Assembly (NCBI GenBank): GCA_964016885.1 | Contig: OZ024741.1 | Coordinates: 13,330,001-13,394,000 of the forward strand | Direction of reading: 5' to 3' | DNA length: 64,000 nucleotides | From: Eledone cirrhosa | Lineage: Eukaryota | In this document: positions 55,054 to 64,000 of the stretch, one piece after another | Layout: each line of letters starts with the position of its first letter | Numbering within the stretch: position 1 is the first letter of the stretch | Notes under the pieces: generated by a model | What the model saw: only the letters and a program-made list of their open reading frames with translations | Databases searched by the model: none | Told to the model about the DNA's origin: nothing | Made by a program: the position numbers and the translations under genes

Positions 55054-55743
55054 TCCTCCTGACATTGGTAACTGGTAACTACCTTCCTGACATTGGTAAC
55101 CACCTTCCTGACATTGGTAACTGGTAACCACCTTCCTGACATTGGTAACTGGTAACCACCTTCCTGACATTGGTAACTGGTAACTACCTTCCTGACATTG
55201 GTAACTGGTAACCACCTTCCTGACATTGGTAACCACCTTCCTGACATTGGTAACTGGTAACCACCTTCCTGACACTGGTAACTGGTAACCACTTTCCTGA
55301 CACTGGTAACTGGTAACTACCTTCCCGACATTGGTAACCACCTTCCTGACATTGGTAACTGGTAACCACCTTCCTGACACTGGTAACTGGTAACCACCTT
55401 CCTGACACTGGTAACTGGTAACTACCTTCCCGACATTGGTAACCACCTTCCTGACATTGGTAACTGGTAACTACCTTCCTGACATTGGTAACCACCTTCC
55501 TGACATTGGTAACTGGTAACTACCTTCCTGACATTGGTAACTGGTAACCTCCTTCCTGACATTGGTAACTGGTAACCTCCTTCCTGACATTGGTAACTGG
55601 TAACCACCTTCCTGACATTGGTAACTGGTAACCACCTTCCTGACATTGGTAACTGGTAACCTCCTTCCTGACATTGGTAACTGCTAGCCACCTTCCTGAC
55701 ATTGGTAACTGGTAACCACCTTCCTGACATTGGTAACTGGTAA
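55054..55743. repeat. 21/28-bp minisatellite
   Basis: Unit CACCTTCCTGACAT followed by one or two copies of TGGTAAC; about 26 units. Confidence 0.95.
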
Positions 55744-56757
55744 TCAGGGAATTTCTCTGCCTTTCCCAGTTTTTTTTTCCTTTCCTCTGAAAACTAAGAA
55801 ACAAATTAGGTTTGGCTTCAAACATAATAGAGGAAGTAGAACATTCCAGTAACTCATTCATTATATCATGGCAGTCTTATTACTTCTGATATCAACCCAC
55901 CTGAACTTAACCTTCTTTTTATCATACAACACAGCCCATTTTATTGGGCTTATCATCATCATCATCATCATCATCATCATTTTCTGTCCATCTTTTCTAT
56001 GCTTGCTTGGGTTGGATGGGTCCGCTTCAACAAAGCATCCAGTGTTGGATTTAAGACAAATGAGGTCCTGTGATAATTAAATTATGAGGCCCCTTACTTG
56101 GGCCCTGAAGGAGGTAACATGTTTTGGCAGGCAGGTACCCCCCCCCCCCCCCTGGCTAACAGGGCCCTGTGCTTAAGCACATCTAAGCACAATGGTAAAT
56201 CCAGCACTGAAGCATCCCTACACTTGTTGCATTCTTTCATCATTAGCTTTGATTTTACAAATATGTTATTTATGAGTTTGAGGGCGGTGGATTGGCAGAA
56301 TGGGTAGAGCGTCGGACACAATGTTTGGCAGCAAATGTTGACAGAACGTTGTTTTCTGGTATTAATGGAAACCTTTTAGAGTCTTTCTAACAGATTGTAG
56401 TGTTTGTGTGACAGACAGGCAAAAGGCTGTACAGTTATTATAATATAAATTATGTTGCTCCATTAGTCTCAATTACAATTGATTAACTTTGCCTTTTGTC
56501 CTAACGGGGTCAATAAATAAAGCACCAGTAATGCACTGGGGTCAATTTAATAAACTTTTCCCTCCCCTAAAATTGCTAGCCTTGTGCCTAAATCAGAAAC
56601 CATTATTGATGAGTTTGGAATCAATGGTCTTATCCACAAGATTTTTTGTTTATTAACTTTGTTTTCTGAGTGTATTATGTATAGAGCATTCTAGGTATAT
56701 CTACATTCGGATTTATCTATTTCACCGTCCTACTTGCTTATTTACATGTGTGTGTAT

Positions 56758-56800
<43 letters not shown>

Positions 56801-56861
56801 TCCATAGGAAAGGTAAAGGAAAGGAGAGTGCTCTATGTATACTACAGAGCTATTTAGTTAT

Positions 56862-57095
56862 GTAATAAACAACATAAGACAATTATTCCATTTACCAAAG
56901 GTTTCACGAAGACAGACAAGCTCGACACAGACGTCTGAAATCGTTCGTCAGAATGAAATTTTATTTGAAGTGGATGTGAGATTGTTTTGAAATCTATATC
57001 TCACATCCACTTCAAATAAAATTTCATTCTGTCGAGCTTGTCTGTCTTCGTGAAACCTTTGGTAAATGGAATAATTGTCTTATGTTGTTTATTAC
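56862..57095. repeat. Fold-back inverted repeat carrying hammerhead motifs (PLE pLTR-like)
   Basis: 56862-56982 is the reverse complement of 56998-57095, except for a ~23-bp deletion in the right arm. TA repeats lie nearby. Confidence 0.9.
56885..56959 (-). ncRNA. Type I hammerhead ribozyme, canonical core
   Basis: Minus strand reads AUUUCAUU-CUGACGA-ACGA[31 nt]UCGU-GAAA-CC UUU GG-UA^AAUGGAAU. 8-bp stem I; cleavage triplet GUA. Confidence 0.88.
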
Positions 57096-57970
57096 ACACA
57101 TATATATATAGAGAGAGAGGGTAATTGCTGAAGGTAAGTAGACTGGTTGGAGCAATAACATTCTTATTTATGTATTATCATCATCACTGCTTAACGTCCA
57201 TTTTCCATGCTTGCATGGGTCGGACGGGTTGTCCGCGTCGAGAGACAAGTCTTGTCAGATTTGGCCATGCCGTACCCTGCTCTGATGGGACCGTAAATTT
57301 GGCCAGGGTTTTTACAGCTGGTATATACATTTGTCCCGAGGAACATAACCCCCATGAAGAGTGAAGAACCACGAATATTGGATGTTGTCCATAGAAATGC
57401 CTATAAACATCAAAATATAACATTAAATGTAATAAAAATAAAGGTAGCGTCTTATGCGAAGGGGCGTACAATAGGCTGGCTAATACGGTATATTATTATT
57501 AATAATTTAACGTTAAAAAAATGTATATTGCCATGAAAAAGGCCATTAAAAAATCATGGAAGATATTTATGATTCTGCGAATATGCGGTTGTTTCCACGA
57601 ACAATTATTAATTAGGTTCTATGGAAAATTCCGCGAATAACCAGGACCGCGAATGCTAGGGATACACTGTATATATTAAAACTGTCCATCATAATTTTAA
57701 GAAATATTTGTCAAGTGATGTTCCAAATGTCAGTTTACTAAAGAAAAAGGTTATTTTATTAAATTTTATCCAAATTTTGATTATACTTGCAATTAATTGA
57801 AATATATAAACTGGTTTTCATTAGAAATACAGTAACAAAAGGGTTAATGTCGATTAGCCATTGACCAAAGTCCCACTCTTCCTTTCACTAATGTATTACA
57901 TTTTTGATACCAAACTGCCTAAAACTACCCCTAATAATTTATTTTAAAACCCTATCTTAATTTTATCTAA

Positions 57971-58340
57971 GAAGGCGCATGGCTTAGTGGTTAGAGCATT
58001 GGGCTTGCAATCGAAAGGTTGTGAGTTCAATTCTCGGACCGAGTGATGTGTTGTTTCCTCGAGCAAGACACTTTATTTCACATTGCTCCAGTTTACTCAG
58101 CTGTAGAAATGAGATGATAGGGACTGGGGTCCCTATCATTCCACTGCAAAGTGGACATGTCGGCGCTATGGAAAAAAAGCACCCAGCACTCACTGTAAAT
58201 GAGGTTGGTGTTAGGAAGGGCATCCAGCTGTAGAAATCAAGCAAAACAAGGTCAACCGACCGGACACTGCCCACAACAGGACAACCCATCTAACCCATGC
58301 TAGCGTGGAAGAACGGACGTAAAACGGAGATGATGATGAT
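57971..58340 (+). mobile_element. Full-length tRNA/CORE SINE with RTE family B 3' tail
   Basis: A box TGGCTTAGTGG, B box GAGTTCAATTC and CORE. The tail at 58145-58340 closely matches 48378-48599. (GAT)n end. Confidence 0.88.
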
Positions 58341-58892
58341 GAACCTTTGCTGCATTATGCTCCAAACACCAGTTTAATAATGAGAAAGTTATTTTACTAA
58401 ATCCCTCTAAATTCTTGATTATTTTAAAAACAATTTAAAAATTACAGGCTGTATCGCTTATTAGAAAATTTAGTAAGGAAAGAGTTAAACGAAACAGACT
58501 CTGATGCCTCATATAAAGTCTACCTTCTCTGTCAGCCTGTGATCAAATTACATCTCTTGTGCATCCATAATTTACACTATGTACACCATAAGGAATTTCT
58601 ACTTACTCTTTCTTAGTGCATGGGGCATAGCCATTTTTCTGATAGTAGCGCACTACTGTCTTGTTGCCTTAGTAATAATACTTTGTTTTTTTGCTAAGTT
58701 TACTTTAAGACCTCATGATTCTAGGTTTTGCTTTCATGTTTGGAATTTCTTCTATAAATCTTCTTCAGATTCTGCTGTAAGAACTAGGTCAACAATATTC
58801 AGGATTTCCCATGGACGGCCTGTTTTAACTTTTTTAATATGAAACATCTAGAAACTGCATTCGATGATACAAAACTGTATTTTAATGTGTTT

Positions 58893-61593
58893 ATCATCAT
58901 CATCATCATCGTTTAATGTCCACCTTCCACGCTAGCATGGGTTTGGACGGGATTTTCCCACTTGAAGCAAGATTGGTTGTCTTGCTCAGAACTGTCTGGC
59001 GGGTTTTCTACGGCTGGATGCCCTTCCTAACACCAACAATGTTTACAGTGTGGACTGGGAGGTTTTTACCGTGTTACATACACGGCCACATTACAGCGTG
59101 GACTGTGTTTTTTTGTCGTGACACCTACACGACCTCATTTATTTTGAACTGGATGTTGTGGTACCAACATAACTTTACATCGAAAGGGGTCGTTAGGGTG
59201 GAGTGGGGGTAATGGGACGGGGGGTGTATTTTGGTAAGAGGTGCCTACTGACTGTAGGTTTCGCTTTGTACTTAGGCAAGGCGGGTCTTTTGTATTACTG
59301 TGTAGCGCCAAAGATCTTGGTCCAGTGACATTGTCTTGGAGAGGTGTATGTGTGTGAGGTCGGAATTTATCAAGTCGACCCAGGTTTTTCTGGGTCTGCC
59401 TACTCCGTGGCTACCGTCTATTCTTATTGCCCTGCACTTTTTTATACAGCTGTCGTCTTTCAAGCGCATCACGTGACCGTACCAACGTAGTCTTCTCTCG
59501 AATAAACAACATCTGATCCCTCTTACTCCTAATTTCTCCCTTAGTTTGTTTATGCTTTGCCGTTCACGTATATTACTATTACACATCCAGCGGAGCATGC
59601 AAGCTTCATTCCTCTCCAGTCTGCATATATCCTCTGCACACAATGCCCAGGTCTCACTGCCATGTAACATTGCTGTTCGTATGCAGGCATCATACAGCCT
59701 GCCTTTCATTTTTAGAGAGAACCCTTTAGCAGCTAATAGTGGTATAAGCTCTCTGAACTTTTTCCATCCCGTTCTGACTCTAGCTACTGTACTTTCAGAG
59801 CACCCTCCACCACTGCTGATTTTGTCAGCCAGATAATGGAAGGTGTCCACTATTTCTATAGAACCATCTGTGCAATGGAATGGGCTAGTATTCTGTGGGC
59901 ACTTGCTGCTACTTATTGCACCAGAGCACCGGCCACATATAAAATCCATATTCTTAGTTAGCTTACCTGTGTTCCCACTACATCTTTTATGCACCCATAC
60001 TTTGCATTTGGGACATAAAATGGAGTTTCTGCCTACTCCTTTCCTACACACTGAGCATGGCCATTTCCCAGATGGGACTGGTGCCCTATTTTCCTTCCTA
60101 CAAACTAGAACTTTAGTCCTTGACAGGTTAATTTTAAGGCCTTTTGATTCTAGGCCATGCTTCCATGTTTGGAATTTCTTCTCTAGTTCGGCCATTGATT
60201 CAGCTATGAGCGTTAGATCGTCTGCGTATAGGAGTTCCCATGGGCAGCCGGTCTTGAACTCCTCTGTTATAGCCTGAAGGCTAATAATAAATAGGAGGGG
60301 GCTACGGACGGAGCCCTGATGAACACCAACTTTTACACTAAACTCTTCACTATATTCGTTGTTAATTCTAACCTTGCTGACTGTTTCTTTATACATGGCT
60401 TGTATAGCTCTCACAAGCCATTCATCAACACCTAGTTTTCTAAGAGCCCACCAGATAATGGAGCGGGGCACTCTGTCAAAGGCTTTCTCCAAGTCAACAA
60501 AAGCTAAGTAGAGGGGTTTACTTTTAGCTAGGTACTTCTCCTGTAGTTGTCGTACAATGAAAAGAGCATCTGTGGTACTTTTACCTGACACAAACCCGAA
60601 TTGCATTTCATCTAGATCAATTCGCTCTATGATTAGTTGCGGTATTACTTTTTCTGTGACCTTCATGACCTGGTCGATTAATTTAATGCCTCTATAGTTA
60701 CCCCTAACTAGGGCATCTCCTTCTTTACCCTTGTAGCAGTTAATGATGATGCTGCTACGCCAGTCCTTCGCAATGACCCCATTCTGTATGACTTGGTTTA
60801 CTATCCGGGTGACCATAGTGTGTCCCACCGTTCCAGATGCTTTCAGCATTTCAGCAACTATTTCCGAAGGCGAAGCCGCCTTACCCGTCTTCATATCTTT
60901 GATTGCCTTACTTATTATACTACCTTCAACTAGCATTGCTGGTCCCTCTATTGGATCGATGTGGGGGAAACTGTCTTTCTCCCAATTATTCTCCTCATTT
61001 AGTAGCCTTTCGTAGTGACACTTCCAAGCTACCTTCTTAGCGTCAGTGATGGCAAGTACACCATCATCATTAAGGACACACTTCTCCCCGACAATATCAC
61101 TGTTTTCTTTGACACATTGCCTAGCAATCCTGAACACCTCACGTTTTTGGTCCTCGCTTTGTAGAACATGCTTGAGCTTTCTTTCCTCTGCTTCCCTTCT
61201 TGCGAAGTACACTTGTCTCCTAGCTTCCCTCCTGGCCACTTGATAGTCTTCTCTACTTCCCCCATCCCGCCATACTTTCCAAGCCTGCTTTTTGGCCTTA
61301 ATTGACTCCTCCACCTTACTGTTCCACCACCACGTTACTCTCCTCCTGCCTATAGGTCTGCTCCAGCCACAGACTTCATCTGCCGCCTTCAGCAGGTTAG
61401 CTTTCAGGAATTCCCACTGTTCCTGTATATTGTACGACTCTAAGTGCTCTTCCTTACTGACAAAAGCATCAAGTAATATGCTTTTAAATTTATTGCTGGC
61501 TGTGGGGTCCTTTAGCTTCCATATTTTCCTCCTGAGGATAGCCCTCCTCTGTTGTCGAGTACGTCTTGTTCTGACTATGAGTCTATGTTGGGA
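58893..61593 (-). mobile_element. Longest RTE family A copy, 5'-truncated at the end of the AP endonuclease
   Basis: (CAT)n, 3' UTR and continuous RT homology up to QHRLIV at the 5' break. Confidence 0.93.
59272..61593 (-). CDS. RTE retrotransposon ORF, partial: reverse transcriptase plus PHD-like C4HC3 finger
   Basis: The 680-aa ORF in the track extends upstream without a stop through KIWKLKDP...WWWNSKV. Motifs NYRGIKL, DLEKAFD, QGS and YADD. No native start codon. Confidence 0.85.
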   Translation of the reverse strand, partial: SQHRLIVRTRRTRQQRRAILRRKIWKLKDPTASNKFKSILLDAFVSKEEHLESYNIQEQWEFLKANLLKAADEVCGWSRPIGRRRVTWWWNSKVEESIKAKKQAWKVWRDGGSREDYQVARREARRQVYFARREAEERKLKHVLQSEDQKREVFRIARQCVKENSDIVGEKCVLNDDGVLAITDAKKVAWKCHYERLLNEENNWEKDSFPHIDPIEGPAMLVEGSIISKAIKDMKTGKAASPSEIVAEMLKASGTVGHTMVTRIVNQVIQNGVIAKDWRSSIIINCYKGKEGDALVRGNYRGIKLIDQVMKVTEKVIPQLIIERIDLDEMQFGFVSGKSTTDALFIVRQLQEKYLAKSKPLYLAFVDLEKAFDRVPRSIIWWALRKLGVDEWLVRAIQAMYKETVSKVRINNEYSEEFSVKVGVHQGSVRSPLLFIISLQAITEEFKTGCPWELLYADDLTLIAESMAELEKKFQTWKHGLESKGLKINLSRTKVLVCRKENRAPVPSGKWPCSVCRKGVGRNSILCPKCKVWVHKRCSGNTGKLTKNMDFICGRCSGAISSSKCPQNTSPFHCTDGSIEIVDTFHYLADKISSGGGCSESTVARVRTGWKKFRELIPLLAAKGFSLKMKGRLYDACIRTAMLHGSETWALCAEDICRLERNEACMLRWMCNSNIRERQSINKLREKLGVRGIRCCLFERRLRWYGHVMRLKDDSCIKKCRAIRIDGSHGVGRPRKTWVDLINSDLTHIHLSKTMSLDQDLWRYTVIQKTRLA

Positions 61594-62751
61594 CTAAAAT
61601 CTTTCCATCCTAATTTTATGTAAAAACGTTTGGTACGGTAAAATAATTGTTTCTACTTTTGGCACAAGGCCAGCAATTACCCAGTGCATTACTGGTACTT
61701 TATTTTATCAGCCCTGTAAGGATGAAAGGCAAAGTTAACCTTGACGGGATTTGAACTCAGACCGTAAAGGGACATAACTATGCTGGAAAGCATGGTGTCA
61801 GACCCTCGTCCGATACTGCCAATTAAGGTAAAATAATGAGAAAGTGACTTATATTACTAAATCCTTTGAAATGATAACTCATCCAACTTAGTCGCTTCAG
61901 CGACAAACCCTGGTACTAGAACCGACAATGCAGAGGAAAGGAAGACAAACAAATACTGGGGATAGTCCAGTTGCCATCGACTTCTTCTGTAAGATTGGAA
62001 TGTCAACAGGCCGCCTGAGGAAGCAGGCCCACAAGGTGGGTGTCACTGTATAGGAAAGTAGAGGACTATAAATGCCATGAATGAGAAAAAAAGGAGAGAA
62101 AGAGCAAGGATTATTAGGCACAGAAGAAAAAAAGGAGACGGGGAGAAGGTGACAGGCTCTATGCTTAGGTTGGGGCGGTGTTTTGACTGCTCTCTGTGGA
62201 CAAAACTGTGAAGGCATTTCTGCAGACAAATGTATTCTTGTACTTTTCATTCTAAATGTAAATCTCATTATGGTCTACTTGGGTGCTAGACTTGATATCT
62301 TGTCCAGTTTAACACTGCCACTGGAACATTGGGTTTCTTTAGCTGGGTTCACTCTATGGCAAGCATTCTGACTACTTCTTCCGTTTTAAGACACTTTCTG
62401 CCATGCCTGCCATAAGTCTTGGAGGCCCTGAAAAAGCTGATGGGTGCTGCTTTTCCTTCTTTACATTCAGAGTTCAAATCCCACTGAAGTCAACTTTGCC
62501 TTTCATTCTTCCAGGGTTGATAAAATAAAGTACCAATAATGTACTGGGGTTGATATAATCAACTTTCTCCTCACCTCAGATTGATGGCCTTGTGCCTAAA
62601 TTAGAAAATGCATTCAGTACACTCTGTAAAGTACTGGAACATATGTAAGATATTGCCCCACCCCTTCCCCACCCCATCTGAGTGATCAGTTGCTCTGATG
62701 AATTAGTGTCAGGTAACTAATCTGTTTCATCAGTTTGAAGTGAAGTGAAAT

Positions 62752-62753
<2 letters not shown>

Positions 62754-62804
<51 letters not shown>
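62754..62804. repeat. (GT)n microsatellite
   Basis: Directly visible; another lies at 50979-51040. Confidence 0.95.
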
Positions 62805-62805
<1 letters not shown>

Positions 62806-63176
62806 AACATGATCCTTCCAAAATATAAAAATAAGATTAAAAAAAAGTTTATTTACTGTTTTAGCCAAGGAGGAAAAAGTTGCGCCCATGAGCCTTTTCA
62901 GTGTGATTGAGACGTGTAGGAGAGGGGACAGAAGGTATCTTCAAACGGAATGCTTGGAACAGTGTGACTCTCCCTGATAGTTGCCTGTTTCAACACATGA
63001 TTTCACATCAAGAATCTTACAAAACAAATACTAAAACAATTTAAAGAGAAATAGTTTATTGCCAACTCCCCTTCATGTTCATTACATCAATCTTTTCTCC
63101 AGTTCAACACCTCTTAATGGAGGCCTATGCTTCCCAACCTTTTCCCATCCATTTACTCATTGGCAAGTTTTTGAAA

Positions 63177-64000
63177 CAAAAAGCACCCAGTTCACACTGT
63201 AAAGTGGTCATGTAGGGGTCATGACAAAAAGGTACCCAGTCCACACTGTAAAGTGGTTGTGTAGGTGTCATGACAAAAAGCACCCAGTCCACACTGTAAA
63301 GTGGTTGTGTAGGTGTCATGACAAAAAACACCCAGTCCACACTGTAAAGTGGTCATATAGGTGTCATGACAAAAAGGTACCCAGTCCACATTGTAAAGTG
63401 GTTGTGTAGGTGTCACGACAAAAAGCACCCAGTCCACACTGTAAAGTAGTCATATAGGTGTCATGACAAAAAGCACCCAGCCCACACTGTAAAGTGGTCA
63501 TATAGGTGTCATGACAAAAAGCACCCAACCCACACTGTAAAGTGGTCATATAGGTGTCATGACAAAAAGCACACAGTCCACACTGTAAAGAGGTCATATA
63601 GGTGTCATGATAAAAAGCACAAGTCCACACTGTAAAGTGGTCATGTAGGTGTCATAACAAAAAGCACAAGTCCACACTGTAAAGTGGTCATATAAGTTTC
63701 ATGCCAAAAAGCACACAGTCCACACTGTAAAGTGGTCATATAGGTGTCATGACAAAAAGCACCCAGCCCACACTGTAAAGTGGCCATTTCGGTGTATATG
63801 ACAAAAAGCACCCAGTCCACACTGTAAAGTGGTCATGTAGGCGTCATGACAAAAAGCACCCAGTCCACACTGTAAAGTGGTCATAGAGGTGTCATGACAA
63901 AAAGCACAAGTCCACACTGTAAAGTGGTCATATAAGTTTCATGCCAAAAAGCACACAGTCCACACTGTAAAGTGGTCATATAGGTGTCATGACAAAAAGC
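63177..64000. repeat. 48-bp tandem satellite, ~17 monomers, continuing past the window; RTE 3' UTR-derived
   Basis: Monomer GTGTCATGACAAAAAGCACCCAGTCCACACTGTAAAGTGGTCATATAG matches the sub-repeats at 48338-48432. Confidence 0.93.

Noticed and set aside
57540-57671. Tigger/pogo-like terminal sequence (CAGTGTATCCCTAGCATTCGCG on the minus strand, next to TA)
   Set aside because: No matching second TIR or transposase was found.
57971-58045. tRNA genes (also 5695 and 31628)
   Set aside because: The tRNA-like heads continue into SINE CORE and tail sequence, and no convincing acceptor stem is present.
62688-62737. CTGATGA motifs on both strands
   Set aside because: Forms a simple hairpin. No GAAA follows stem II, so it is not a hammerhead.
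62865-62934. Possible host exon (ttttag|...KEEKVAPMSLFSVIETCRRGDR|gtatct)
   Set aside because: Weak donor site, no recognisable protein and no supporting exons; needs RNA-seq.

Overview
Eukaryotic, repeat-saturated DNA. The repeat families suggest an invertebrate, most likely an octopus-like cephalopod; this is inferred, not proven. No host protein-coding gene can be supported, and the giant Y/I/M/V/C/H/T ORFs are artefacts of (TA)n/(TATG)n microsatellite. The window holds many 5'-truncated RTE-clade LINEs with a PHD-like C4HC3 finger after the RT, two inverted CR1-group LINE copies, Dong/R4-like remnants, a mariner remnant and a Penelope-like (PLE) RT fragment. It also holds two tRNA-SINE families, a bipartite non-autonomous RTE derivative, four satellite/minisatellite arrays, a 200-N gap and several fold-back palindromes. 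Two observations stand out. (1) Several type I hammerhead ribozyme motifs lie in short, often fold-back PLE-type modules inserted in TA microsatellites: two have canonical cores (14681-14738, 56885-56959), and one multi-copy family has a non-canonical CAGAAGA core. (2) Three separate satellite arrays (61, 47 and 48 bp monomers) all derive from the same short segment of the RTE/SINE 3' tail.
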